This document shows positions 9,697 through 19,803 of a stretch of DNA of 64,000 bases, piece by piece (the first letter of the stretch is position 1; every line of letters begins with the position of its first letter). The DNA lies in contig DATMBG010000032.1 in NCBI GenBank assembly GCA_035559535.1, positions 1 through 64,000 of the forward strand, read 5' to 3'. The translations under genes were made by a program, and so were the position numbers. The notes below the pieces were generated by a model. It had not been told where the DNA came from. It saw nothing but the letters and a program-made list of their open reading frames with translations, and made no database searches. The stretch is from Candidatus Limnocylindrales bacterium. Lineage in GTDB: Bacteria; Moduliflexota; Moduliflexia; Moduliflexales; JAUQPW01.

Positions 9697-10995
9697 TTAC
9701 AAGTACGCCTCCAGATATTTCAGAATTTTATCGGTAGCTCCCCGATTTTCCAAAATCAGGTTCCTGGCAGCTTCTCCCATTCGTTGTAGTAAAGCAGGGT
9801 GATCCAACAATCTGGAAAGCCAGCTTATTAATTCCAGATCGTTTTTTACCACCTTACCCCCTCCACGCTCCAGCAACCGAATGGCTTCCAGAGCTTTGTG
9901 AATAGCCGGGCCAAAAAGTACCGGCTTACCCATGGCTGCCGGTTCCATCACATTATGGATACCGGCTCCAAACCCTCCCCCCACGAAGGCAATATCTGCA
10001 ACGGCGTAAAGGCCGGCCAGGATACCTATCTGATCTACGATAATGACCTGATTGGAATCTGGAGCCTCTAAGTTCTTGGTTTGAGAGGTAAAAATCGGAA
10101 CCAGGCCGTGTTTTTTCAGTTCTTGAGAGATTGATCCCAGTCGTCGGGGAGAAGGTTCATGGGGCACCAAAATCAACCGTAAATCGGGATATTGGGGAGA
10201 AAGGACCTTAAAAGCCTTTATCAGATACTTTTCATCAACTTCCCAGGTACTCCCGGCGACGAGCTTTCTTCCTTCAAAGGAAAACCTTCGAAGCAAATCC
10301 TTCTGATTCTGAACGGATTGGCTTCTCAAATAGACCTGGTCATAGCGCGTTTCTCCAACGGTTATAATCCGCGTAGCTTCCAGGCCCATCTGTTGGAACC
10401 TTTGGGCATCCGCCGGGGATATGGCAAAAATCATCTGTAAGTGGCGATAAACCCATCGATTCAAAGATCTAATTCCGGGATAGAGTCTTTTAGAGGACGG
10501 GGGTAAAGAGGCAGATACCAGGAAAATGGGAATTTTCAATTCTGCAGCGGCCCAGACATGATTGGGCCAGACATCGTATTTTAGTAAAATCCATATATCG
10601 GGTTGAAGCAGGTGAATCAGCTTCCTCGCTTGAAAAGGGGTATCTAAAGGGAGGTAAAAGACCAGGTCGGCTAAGGGATAATTTCGCGCAGGCTCATAAC
10701 CCGAAGGGGAGAAGAAGCTGACGACAATTTTGATTTTTTCCCCATACCGTTCTTTCAATCCGGCGATAAGAGGCTTTCCCTGTTCAAATTCACCCAGGGA
10801 AGCACTATGAAACCAGATGATCTTGAAATCTCCCTGGTCTTTCCACAAAGCCCGCCTGGCCGCCAGATCTATAAACAAATTCTTTCTACCTTCCAGGCCT
10901 TTTCGGATCTTCTCGTTGAAGTAGTAACCTATCTGAAAAGTAAGGTAAAGCAGGGGAACCACCAAGAAATTATAGATTAAGTACCACAAAACCAT
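9697..10995 (-). CDS. waaA: Kdo transferase (3-deoxy-D-manno-octulosonate transferase)
   Basis: WFHSASLGE, YLPLD, VAGST, LVPHEP, AFVGG, HNVMEPAAMGKPVLFGP. Confidence 0.92.
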   Translation of the reverse strand: MVLWYLIYNFLVVPLLYLTFQIGYYFNEKIRKGLEGRKNLFIDLAARRALWKDQGDFKIIWFHSASLGEFEQGKPLIAGLKERYGEKIKIVVSFFSPSGYEPARNYPLADLVFYLPLDTPFQARKLIHLLQPDIWILLKYDVWPNHVWAAAELKIPIFLVSASLPPSSKRLYPGIRSLNRWVYRHLQMIFAISPADAQRFQQMGLEATRIITVGETRYDQVYLRSQSVQNQKDLLRRFSFEGRKLVAGSTWEVDEKYLIKAFKVLSPQYPDLRLILVPHEPSPRRLGSISQELKKHGLVPIFTSQTKNLEAPDSNQVIIVDQIGILAGLYAVADIAFVGGGFGAGIHNVMEPAAMGKPVLFGPAIHKALEAIRLLERGGGKVVKNDLELISWLSRLLDHPALLQRMGEAARNLILENRGATDKILKYLEAYL

Positions 10996-11219
10996 CAGAA
11001 CGCAGGGACGCAGAAGCCCACGGGTATTGACTTACGGAGTTCCTCATCAAAGGATCCACTCCCCAACCCCTTGAGCTTTCCAGGGGTAAGTTTTTTATAA
11101 CCTGCCTCCCCCCTCCTCAACATGGGAAGAGACCTGGAGATGATTTCTTTATCCTTCCATCTCTGGGCCTCTGGGTCCCTTTCAGCTTTCATAAGCCTTT
11201 AGTAATAGTTAAAATCTCT

Positions 11220-11948
11220 TCAGCGGGCTAAAAACATCAAAAACTCTACATTACCTTTAGTTCCCTTTATGGGTGACGGGATAACACCCCGGACTTCTAA
11301 ACCCAACTTTTTGGCAAATTGTCGAAGAGATTCTAAAACCTGTCGATGTTTTTCAGGGGATTTGACAATCCCCCCTTTTCCCACTTCTCCCTTTCCTACC
11401 TCAAACTGCGGTTTAACCAGTGCGATAATCTCTGCCGTTGGCTCGAGTAGATCCAAAATAACCGGCAGGACTTTTGTCAGAGAGATAAAAGAAACATCAA
11501 TGACGGCCAGTTGCATTTTTTCCTTAAACAGGTCCGGAGTTACATAGCGAATATTGGTCCTCTCCAGCGCTATGACCCTGGGATCCTGTTTGAGTTTCCA
11601 GGCTAATTGTCCGTAACCTACATCCACGGCATAAACCTTCCTGGCCCCATGTTGGAGGAGGCAATCGGTAAACCCGCCGGTGGAAGCGCCGACATCTATA
11701 GCAATTTTATCCTGAACCGAAATTTTAAACTCCTGGAGTGCTTTTTCCAGCTTTAATCCCCCCCGGCTGACATAAGGATGGTCTGCTCCTATCACACGAA
11801 TATTTGCGTTTTCATCGACCAGAGTCCCGGGTTTATCTATTTTTTGTTCGTTAACCAGAACAACTCCGGCCAGGATTAAACTCTGACTCCGCTCTCGCGT
11901 TGGCGCCAATCCTCTAAGGACTAACAACTTATCTAATCGCTGTTTCAT
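11220..11948 (-). CDS. tlyA: TlyA family rRNA (cytidine-2'-O)-methyltransferase
   Basis: S4 domain RLDKLLV; YVSRGGLKL; DVGASTGGFTDCLLQ; DVSFISL; LVKPQFE; start at MKQRLD. Confidence 0.95.
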   Translation of the reverse strand: MKQRLDKLLVLRGLAPTRERSQSLILAGVVLVNEQKIDKPGTLVDENANIRVIGADHPYVSRGGLKLEKALQEFKISVQDKIAIDVGASTGGFTDCLLQHGARKVYAVDVGYGQLAWKLKQDPRVIALERTNIRYVTPDLFKEKMQLAVIDVSFISLTKVLPVILDLLEPTAEIIALVKPQFEVGKGEVGKGGIVKSPEKHRQVLESLRQFAKKLGLEVRGVIPSPIKGTKGNVEFLMFLAR

Positions 11949-12004
11949 AGTAGATACCCTATAAACAGATAACCAACCTGTCAATGGTTTTTACCGTTTT
12001 TCTG

Positions 12005-12033
12005 TTGACCGAATTCTGTAGAGTCTATAAAAT
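12005..12033 (+). promoter_or_regulatory. Putative sigma70 promoter
   Basis: TTGACC-N17-TAAAAT in a divergent intergenic region. Confidence 0.55.
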
Positions 12034-12244
12034 ATATTCCGATTAAGCTATTCGTTCACTCAAGGTATCAACGATCGGAAAAAGATGTCAGGCGAGGAAC
12101 CCTTCAATTCAGCTCAAAACCTGCCCTGAGCCCGTTGAAGGGATGAATTCGTGGAGAAGCAATTCGGTTTAGTGGGGGATAACATCGAAGCCTTTGTTTT
12201 GCTTCCTTCGGTGCCCTCGTCATGATAATGGCAGAGAAATAAGG

Positions 12245-12502
12245 ATGAAATCTCTAATTAGCAAGCTCAAAGAACTCATAGATCAGGATAGACAGGTGGT
12301 GATAGAACTCGGTAAGGCTCATTTTTATCAAGGCCATGTGATGGCTATTTTAAATGATGAACTTGTCCAGTTGAAAGTCAAAGGTGAGCGAAAAGCCAAG
12401 GAAATTGTCGTGTATATTCCTATCGATAAAATTTTGGCTTTTTGGGAGGGAGATGTGGAAAAATCGATCCCTTCTGTTGGTTTTCTCATAAGGGAAAGTT
12501 GA
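12245..12502 (+). CDS. Small hypothetical protein, probable Sm-like fold
   Basis: Helix LKELID followed by strands VVIEL, FYQGHVMAI and VYIPIDKILAF; ATG at 12245 preferred as start. Confidence 0.6.
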   Translation: MKSLISKLKELIDQDRQVVIELGKAHFYQGHVMAILNDELVQLKVKGERKAKEIVVYIPIDKILAFWEGDVEKSIPSVGFLIRES

Positions 12503-12576
12503 AAAGTTTTTTATTTCCATCAACCTTCCCTTCAGGAGCGCAGGCCTTTTGCCTGCATATACGTTGGTAATAAACT

Positions 12577-13299
12577 TTACCGGATAAGTTGAATCATTTC
12601 CCGGACTGCCCGTTCTATACCCACAAAAATGGATCGTGAAATGATACTATGACCAATATTGAGGGCTTCCATTTCTGGAATACGTGCAATGGGAATTACA
12701 TTACGATAATTAAGGCCGTGTCCCGCAAAGACATGGAGTCCAAGTTGCGCAGCCTGTCTGGCTGCATTGGTAAGTCTGGTTAATTCTTGCTGAATATCTT
12801 CTTTTTTTAATGCATTGGCATAGGTTCCCGTATGGAGTTCGACGGCATCTGCTCCCAGTTCTGCGGAAGCCTGAATTACTTCAGGATCCGGATCCACAAA
12901 TAAACTGACCTCTATGCCGGCGCCTTTAAGGGTTTCCAGAACTCCCTTAATGATCTCTTTTTGTCCCAGAACATCGAGACCTCCTTCGGTGGTAATTTCT
13001 TCTCGCCTTTCAGGTACCAAAGTTGCGAAATGGGGGCGGGTAGCCAACGCTTTTTTTACAATGTCCGGAGCTACCGACATTTCAAAATCAAGTCCAATCT
13101 GGAGAACCTCCTTAAGCCGATCCACATCCCGATCTTGAATATGCCGACGATCTTCCCGTAAATGGATTGTAATCCAATCGGCTCCGGCCAGTTCCGCTAA
13201 AAGGGCCGCGGTAACAGGTTCCGGCTCAATCCCCCGTCGGGCCTGGCGAAGGGTAGCAACATGATCGATGTTAACCCCTAATTTAACCACAAGCTTCAA
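12577..13299 (-). CDS. pdxJ: Pyridoxine 5'-phosphate synthase
   Basis: [48 protein letters not shown]. Confidence 0.97.
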   Translation of the reverse strand: MKLVVKLGVNIDHVATLRQARRGIEPEPVTAALLAELAGADWITIHLREDRRHIQDRDVDRLKEVLQIGLDFEMSVAPDIVKKALATRPHFATLVPERREEITTEGGLDVLGQKEIIKGVLETLKGAGIEVSLFVDPDPEVIQASAELGADAVELHTGTYANALKKEDIQQELTRLTNAARQAAQLGLHVFAGHGLNYRNVIPIARIPEMEALNIGHSIISRSIFVGIERAVREMIQLIR

Positions 13300-13375
13300 G
13301 AGGAGAAATCAAGGGTCAGAATCCAGAGATCCTTGGGATTTCTGGATTCTAACCCTTGGTTTCTGCATTTTTTAC

Positions 13376-13930
13376 CTATTGTAACAGCAATTTAAGGATT
13401 TCACGACCTTCCTCGCTATCCCAGTTACGATCTCCTACCGAACTTCCCAGAGCTCTTCCCTCACGATCGATTAAAAAAACCGTAGGAGTTCCTCGAACCC
13501 CATAGTTTTTAGTAACCTCCCCCGTCTCATCCAGCAGTACAGGAAAATCATAACCCCGTTCTTTAACGGCTTTTGCTACAGTGTTGAGATCCTCTTTAAA
13601 ATCGACAAATAAAAAGACAATTCCCTGATCTTTAAATTCGTTGTAAACCTTATTGACAGAAGGTAACTCCTTCTTACATATTCCTCACCACGTAGCCCAG
13701 AAATACAGCATAACGGGTTTTCCTCTGTAATCCTTTAAGCTTACCACATTCCCATTTAAATCCTTGAGTTGAAAATCTGGGGCCAGAGGTTTCTCCTTGA
13801 GTTCCGTAACTTTAAATGCTGCAAAGGCTTCTGATAAGGTCTTCGCCTCTGTTATTAAAGGGGTCAGGGCCAAAAACCCTATCCCTATCATGATATATCC
13901 GACAAGGGTTTGGATTTTTAACTTTTTCAT
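13376..13930 (-). CDS. TlpA/ResA-like thioredoxin-fold selenoprotein (UxxC), 184 aa by UGA readthrough
   Basis: FWATW-TGA(13685-13687)-GIC-KKELP; the frame stays open through FPVLLD...YGVRGTPTVFLID...GDRNWDS to TAG at 13376-13378; GAGGAGG RBS upstream of the ATG at 13930. Confidence 0.9.
13658..13674 (-). promoter_or_regulatory. Putative bacterial SECIS hairpin
   Basis: AGAAGG-AGUUA-CCUUCU; the stem starts after a 10-nt spacer following the UGA, the loop lies 16 nt after it, with G at loop position 2. Confidence 0.7.
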
Positions 13931-14154
13931 TTTTTTACCTCCTCTATCTAGGAAGTTATCCTGAAAAGAAACTCCTGTCAAGGGAACTCCCCGGGTCTAA
14001 TCCTCTATTTTTAACGGAACTTATACGTATAGTACCCGGTAAAAAGTTAAGTAACCATTTTACCCTTATTTACCCTTACCCCTTCACACCATAGGCACCT
14101 TAACCTGACCCCTATGGGGGTTAGAAGGTTAGGTGGAAAACCCCCCATACCGGA

Positions 14155-14505
14155 TTACTCAGCCGAACAGCTTTCAGGTCTTGGGTCAAAATAGATGGAG
14201 ACTTTCTCAACTTCTGCTCCCACAATCTTATCACTTAATTTATAGTTCCCGACCCGCATACACCGATCTATGAGCAAATTATGAAGTTCGGGTTTCACCC
14301 GATTCTTTATTCCCCACTCTATAACAATTTGAAAAACATAGCTATCGGTATTATAGATGAGTTGTTCGAAATCGACCCGGGTCGTGTCCCCTTCTTTGAA
14401 AAGCTTTACATTCTGAATGGCTCCATCGGCATAGAGAATCTCAGTTGATAAAACTCCTGTCATAAAAATTAGAATGAATAAACCACAACTCTTTAATTTG
14501 AACAT
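14155..14505 (-). CDS. Hypothetical secreted protein
   Basis: 116-aa ORF with a signal-peptide-like N-terminus; no family recognised. Confidence 0.6.
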   Translation of the reverse strand: MFKLKSCGLFILIFMTGVLSTEILYADGAIQNVKLFKEGDTTRVDFEQLIYNTDSYVFQIVIEWGIKNRVKPELHNLLIDRCMRVGNYKLSDKIVGAEVEKVSIYFDPRPESCSAE

Positions 14506-14755
14506 ATTAGTAGGAATGATTCTACTCCCCTGGAAGGGGTCGTATAACTCATTCGATGTGGCCTTATTTAAAGGTAGCTACTCAGGCCCTCACTCCCACT
14601 TTCTCCCCCTTTCGGATTTTGTATTGTCCTTTTCCATATAATTCAAAAGTTGTCTGAGAAAAAGAATATTTCAAAATAGTCGGGGAATTCAAGGGAAACT
14701 TTTAAATTTCTCCCAGAGGGCTAAACCACATTATCAAACGAGGATGTTTAACCTA

Positions 14756-17700
14756 CTATCTAAACCACTCCACAGCTAATCGCATCAACCCTTTTTCCTT
14801 ATCTTCATAAAGAAGATATCCTTTTTCCATTCCGTACTGAAAAAGATCTCGAGTTAATTCAACATCTCGACGGCAATGCTCAATAACCTTATCCAATCTT
14901 CCTTCCTTAAACCACTGCACCGTCTGTAATCCATCTCCCAACTTACCCTGATTCAAGGTCTTTTCGCATAAATCCCCTAAAGATAATCGAAATTTGAACT
15001 TCTTATAAATTTCTTCTAAAATATCCAGAGTAGGCAGTTGGTTGAAATCAAAGGAGGTATAAGCCTGGAGCACTGCATAGTCAAAATTTTTGATATTAAA
15101 TCCTACGATGAGATCGGCTTTTTTCAGCTTTTCAATCAGTTGCGGAACCTGGGCTTCGGTATACAAATAAAACTGTTCCTCCAGACTGTCATAGATAGCC
15201 CCAATAGCCAGTCCCATAAGATGTTTGTTCTGCCAGCCTCCTACCTCCTCGGCACTCCGCTGGGTCTCGATATCGAAATAGATTATGCGAGGGGCCGAAG
15301 ATAAAAGCCGGGGAGTAACTGTAATCAACCGGTTTCTATCTATTTTTTGCTCCAGGCTTTCTCTGTAACTCACCATCTTCTTTACGGTTTCCGATCCCTC
15401 TTTCTGGAGCAGGGTTTTTTGTAAGAATTCTGGTTGGCAGGCACTTTCACCCTGTTCCACCCTTTCAGAGGGGAAAGGATCTCGACCCGTCCCTTCACTT
15501 CCTTGCAGAGCAGGCCCTGATCCCCTGCTCCCTGCTTCCTGTTTCGCCATCAGGGCTTTTAGAATTTGCACAGCCGCCTGCTTATCTAAAGGTTTATTCC
15601 CGTTCCCACATTTAGGGGAATGGATACACGAAGGGCATCCTTCTTCACAAGGACACTCTTGAATAGTCAGCAGGGTACGGCTCAAAAGCTCTTCGATCAT
15701 CTCATAACCCCTACGGGTTAATCCAATTCCCCCCGGGTAACCATCATAAATAAAAATGGCAGACTTGCCAACTTGAGGATGATAGGCATAGCTGATACCC
15801 CCGATATCATTTCGATCACAGATGGCAAATAGAGGAAAAAGGGAAATGGCCGCATGCTCTACGGCATGAATCCCCCCCATAAAATGGAGCATTTGCCATT
15901 CCACCATCTCCACCACTGGCTCTTCGATCTCAATCCAAAACCCGCGGGTTTCAAAACTCTGGGGGGGTAAATCCAGGGGGTGTACGCTCAGGAGGTCCTG
16001 CCCAAAGATTCGACGTTTCTCAAATCCTATGATCCGTTCGGTTACTTTTAACCGACCTTCACAAACCTTAAAATTGGCAACTAACTTACTCTGATCACAA
16101 CTCAAGATCTGGGTATCTTTCTCTCCCAACGGTTTTGTGAAATAATCTACATTTACGGGTTCTACATAGATATTCTTTTGACCCAGGTCCAATTCAATGA
16201 CCCGATATTGTTGAGCCCGATGGAGATAAATAGCTCCCGCATGGCATTCACTAAAAACTCGACCTCCGTTGACATGCCCGATGATTTTCCGATCCTTCGC
16301 CGAAAGGATCATATAACCTTCTCCAATGGATCGAATATCGACCCATCGATGGGGATTTTTGGAGGAGGAGAACCATTTAGCCTCCGTTTCACTCTGGAGG
16401 AGTTTTCCCTCTTTAACCAAATCGGACAGGGCTTGTTGGACTTTCTCATTCTGATAGAAAGCCTCTCCACCTTGAAGGGGAAGTTCGGCAGCAGCACAGA
16501 GGAGATGAGATTTCAAAATAATCTCATTATCTGGATCCACAATGGCTTTTTCATAACTGCGATGAAAGAAATCTTCCGGATGATGCATGAAGTATTGGTC
16601 CAAAGCATCGGGAAGGGCTAATAAAACGATAAGGGCTTCGTTATCACCACGTCCTACTCGTCCACTACGCTGCCAGGTACTGACTATACTACCGGGATAC
16701 CCTACCAGGATACAACAATCCAGACCACCGATATCAATTCCCATTTCCAGAGCACTGGTAGAAATAACTCCTATGAGTTCTCCCCGAAAGAGTTTTTGTT
16801 CGATCTCTCGACGCTCCTCGGGTAGAAATCCCGCCCGGTAGGAGCTAATTTTATTCTGAAGTTCCGGATGGGATTGAAGAATCCAGGTATAGATAAGCTC
16901 GGTAATTTTCCGAGCCTTGGTAAAAACAATGGTTTTAAGCCCGGCTTTAAGGGCCAGAATCATCAACCTGGCAGCCTCGGTATAAGGGCTGCTGAAAGTG
17001 GGATTTAAAAATAGAAAATGCTTACCTCGACGAGGGGCTCCACTTTCTAAAATGACCTCAAAGGAACTGCCAAAGAGTTGCACAGCCAATTCATCGGCGT
17101 TAGCTATGGTCGCTGAAGCGGAGATAAATTGGGGATCAGCTTGATAATAACGGCAGATTCGATTAAACCTCCTGAAAACATGGAGAACATGGGAACCAAA
17201 AACACCTTTGTAGGTATGAAGTTCATCGACCACTACATACCGCAGATGGCTGAAGAACTCTCGCCATTTGTAATGATATGCCAGGATTCCCAAATGGAGC
17301 ATATCCGGTGTGGTCAGCAAAATATGAGGGAGTTGAGATCGGATTTTCTCTCGCTGATAAGCCGGGGTATCTCCATCGTAAATCTCTGCTTTTATAACTC
17401 CCCCAAGCCGATTACTCAGGTTTCGAATGATTTTGAGCTGATCTTGTTCTAAGGCTTTCAGGGGAAAAATAAACAAAGCCCGCGTGGTCGGATTACTTAA
17501 GATCTTCTGGAAGACAGGAACATTATAAACCAGGGTTTTACCGCTGGCCGTAGGAGTGCCTATCAGAAGATGTCGACCCTTCTGAATCTGTTCTATAGCT
17601 TCGGCTTGATGGCTGTAAAACGAGTGGATTCCCTCCTCCCTGAGGGCTTTACATAAATCAGGATGGAGTGTCTGAAATATATCCCGATAGCGGGCCTTTT

Positions 17701-17809
17701 GGGAAGGGATGAAATGGTAATAGGTCAAGATCTGCCGATACTCCTCCCCCTGACTTAGTTTTTCTACAAAACGCCTGAGATCGTATTCCATACGAAATCT
17801 ATCCATCAA
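14756..17809 (-). CDS. MrfA/SftH-like DEAH helicase with DUF1998, fused to an RNase H-like (YprB/MrfB-type) exonuclease
   Basis: TPTASGKT, DELH, SAT, QRSGRVGR; CPCEEGCPSC metal site; C-terminal FDIET...GFNIKNFD...HCRRDV (DEDD-type). Confidence 0.9.
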   Translation of the reverse strand: MMDRFRMEYDLRRFVEKLSQGEEYRQILTYYHFIPSQKARYRDIFQTLHPDLCKALREEGIHSFYSHQAEAIEQIQKGRHLLIGTPTASGKTLVYNVPVFQKILSNPTTRALFIFPLKALEQDQLKIIRNLSNRLGGVIKAEIYDGDTPAYQREKIRSQLPHILLTTPDMLHLGILAYHYKWREFFSHLRYVVVDELHTYKGVFGSHVLHVFRRFNRICRYYQADPQFISASATIANADELAVQLFGSSFEVILESGAPRRGKHFLFLNPTFSSPYTEAARLMILALKAGLKTIVFTKARKITELIYTWILQSHPELQNKISSYRAGFLPEERREIEQKLFRGELIGVISTSALEMGIDIGGLDCCILVGYPGSIVSTWQRSGRVGRGDNEALIVLLALPDALDQYFMHHPEDFFHRSYEKAIVDPDNEIILKSHLLCAAAELPLQGGEAFYQNEKVQQALSDLVKEGKLLQSETEAKWFSSSKNPHRWVDIRSIGEGYMILSAKDRKIIGHVNGGRVFSECHAGAIYLHRAQQYRVIELDLGQKNIYVEPVNVDYFTKPLGEKDTQILSCDQSKLVANFKVCEGRLKVTERIIGFEKRRIFGQDLLSVHPLDLPPQSFETRGFWIEIEEPVVEMVEWQMLHFMGGIHAVEHAAISLFPLFAICDRNDIGGISYAYHPQVGKSAIFIYDGYPGGIGLTRRGYEMIEELLSRTLLTIQECPCEEGCPSCIHSPKCGNGNKPLDKQAAVQILKALMAKQEAGSRGSGPALQGSEGTGRDPFPSERVEQGESACQPEFLQKTLLQKEGSETVKKMVSYRESLEQKIDRNRLITVTPRLLSSAPRIIYFDIETQRSAEEVGGWQNKHLMGLAIGAIYDSLEEQFYLYTEAQVPQLIEKLKKADLIVGFNIKNFDYAVLQAYTSFDFNQLPTLDILEEIYKKFKFRLSLGDLCEKTLNQGKLGDGLQTVQWFKEGRLDKVIEHCRRDVELTRDLFQYGMEKGYLLYEDKEKGLMRLAVEWFR

Positions 17810-17964
17810 AAAAACGCCTGTTTTTTATCAAGCAGCCACTCCACAGGCCTTTAACCTATTCATTCCGGGCATGAGACCTTGTTTCTTTGGCACAAGCCTC
17901 GGCTAAACCCTCAACAGAACCCAGGAAAGCATCTCGTCTTATAAATCTAAATTAACACTCCCAT

Positions 17965-19803
17965 TCAGGAAGCGTCCATCCTTTTTAGGATCTTAATTCC
18001 AAAATGATGATCGGTAAGCGGCTCATAAAAGATCCGTTCTAAAGGGATATAGGAACTCTTCACCCAATCCAGGATAGGCTTTCCAAAGTTGGGATCCCTA
18101 CCAAAATATCCCACACCATGCTCACTGCTATCGCTGTGGACAAGAATAATAAACTCCGGAGGATGGGCTTTAAAGGATTCCAGAACCTGTTCGCTTCCAC
18201 CGTTCATTTCAAGACCTATGGGCATGTTGTAGATATATCGGGTTGGACTTATCCTGCGGGATAAATAGTTTAGCATCACACCCTCCGGAAGGGCGACAAA
18301 TCCTATGTCACGGGGTATTAACTCTTCAATCCGTTGAAGGGCCTGTACCATAGCAACTCCGGTAAGATCCACCCGGGGGCTATAGGTCAGGATGGTATCT
18401 CCATTTTCCCCCACGGCAAAATCTTTGTAGCGATAAAACCTGTTTGATACCTGAAAATGGAAAACTATTCCAGCTATGATTAAAGCTATCATGAGACCTT
18501 GAAAGAGATCTCCTGGTTTGTATTTCTTACCAGGTAACTCTGGAAGAAGACCGAGGAGCACGGCCACCAGTAGAAGGGTAGCCGGCATGGCAAGGACAAA
18601 GCCGTAATTGAACAGGCGAGCATTTAGAATGATTTTCCCCAGGAGTACAAAGGCAAACATGGCCCACAGGGCCATTGCGCCCATCCGAATTTTAACATCA
18701 GGCCTGGTATGCTTCCTCAAACAAAGGATGATACAGACTGCGCCCACTACTAAAGTGATCGGTGGGAGCGCCCGACCTAGGCTAAACCAGGGTATCAGCC
18801 CGGGTTTTACTATGAGTAAACCGCCAAAACCAATACTGAGGAGAATAACCGGAATCACCCGGCGGGTCCATAAAGGACACAAACTCCTGTCGGCTATTAA
18901 ACAGCTTCCTATCCAAAGGATCATCCCTCCCAATACCTTTAACATGAGAAAAAAATTGGACCCAGGCTGATCCAGCCCGGAACTCCTGAGATAAAAGGTA
19001 CGATTGAGGACCGGACTTCCCGTCAGGGACGTCCAGGCTCCAGCCGTTGCACGAACTGCCTCACCCAGAGGCATATACCGGGAGAAAAAAATAAAGAACA
19101 ACAGCGAAGGTAACAGGGCTACTGCATGGAATCCAAGCATCACTTTCAGGATTTGTGACTTCGGAGCCTGGGTAAAGTTACCGATCAGTACCAGTCCAAG
19201 TTCCGCAGTTGCAAAGGCTGCCAGACCTACTTCCGGCTTGGTTAAGAAAACTAACCCCAGACATAGCCCAGCCCCTCCTATGAAACCCGGATGTCGCCCA
19301 AGCAGGTAACGGATAAAGAAGAAAATCATCCCCATCGTCAAGGCAGTTCCATGGGTGAGGGCATGGGAATAGGGACAAACAAAATTATAATTCCCATTGG
19401 GAACATACTGGGAAAAGGCAAAGATAAAAAGAAAAACCAGACTACATAAGGTTGCTATAAAGTAGTTAAACATGGCTTTGAAAATCCGATAAATCAAAAC
19501 GGTCACTCCGGCCAGAATGAGCAGATTACAGACTATCAAAGTTGTCAGGGAAACCCCAAAGAGACGGAACCAGAGGGCGTTGAGATAAGAAGGGAGGGGA
19601 CCAAAGTACCAAAATATATCCCTATACAATACCTTTCCTTGGGAAAGTTGCCAGGGAATATAAAGCTCGTGCCCAAAATCTACCAGGATGTCCGGCCATT
19701 TACGCCAGCTCCAGATGGATAACGCCAAAAAAGTTACACCCAGCAGGCTTATACACCAGGCCTCTTCACGAAGGGAGGAATTCTTCGTTTTTTCAATTTC
19801 CAT
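17965..19803 (-). CDS. Polytopic membrane glycosyltransferase (GT-C-like)
   Basis: DFGHELY...GKVLYRDIFWYFGPL loop after the first TM; many TMs; C-terminal soluble domain. Confidence 0.7.
   Translation of the reverse strand: MEIEKTKNSSLREEAWCISLLGVTFLALSIWSWRKWPDILVDFGHELYIPWQLSQGKVLYRDIFWYFGPLPSYLNALWFRLFGVSLTTLIVCNLLILAGVTVLIYRIFKAMFNYFIATLCSLVFLFIFAFSQYVPNGNYNFVCPYSHALTHGTALTMGMIFFFIRYLLGRHPGFIGGAGLCLGLVFLTKPEVGLAAFATAELGLVLIGNFTQAPKSQILKVMLGFHAVALLPSLLFFIFFSRYMPLGEAVRATAGAWTSLTGSPVLNRTFYLRSSGLDQPGSNFFLMLKVLGGMILWIGSCLIADRSLCPLWTRRVIPVILLSIGFGGLLIVKPGLIPWFSLGRALPPITLVVGAVCIILCLRKHTRPDVKIRMGAMALWAMFAFVLLGKIILNARLFNYGFVLAMPATLLLVAVLLGLLPELPGKKYKPGDLFQGLMIALIIAGIVFHFQVSNRFYRYKDFAVGENGDTILTYSPRVDLTGVAMVQALQRIEELIPRDIGFVALPEGVMLNYLSRRISPTRYIYNMPIGLEMNGGSEQVLESFKAHPPEFIILVHSDSSEHGVGYFGRDPNFGKPILDWVKSSYIPLERIFYEPLTDHHFGIKILKRMDAS

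Noticed and set aside
10995-11192. 65-aa ORF between tlyA and waaA, also considered as an IS200/IS605 end remnant
   Set aside because: No recognisable protein features; it overlaps degenerate hairpin repeats, and the similarity to IS ends is too weak to call
13685-13981. 98-aa ORF as a truncated gene or pseudogene
   Set aside because: The stop is a UGA at the catalytic Cys position, with an intact downstream frame and a SECIS-like hairpin; reinterpreted as a selenoprotein
14570-14640. Cyclic-dinucleotide riboswitch-like AATCCGAAAGG on the minus strand
   Set aside because: The remaining conserved GEMM or ydaO elements are absent
17830-17945. Possible 6S RNA or riboswitch upstream of the helicase
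   Set aside because: A central hairpin (GAGGCTTGT/ACAAGGTCTC) and some outer pairing exist, but the ends do not close into a 6S-like rod and no aptamer consensus is evident; an Infernal/Rfam search would be needed
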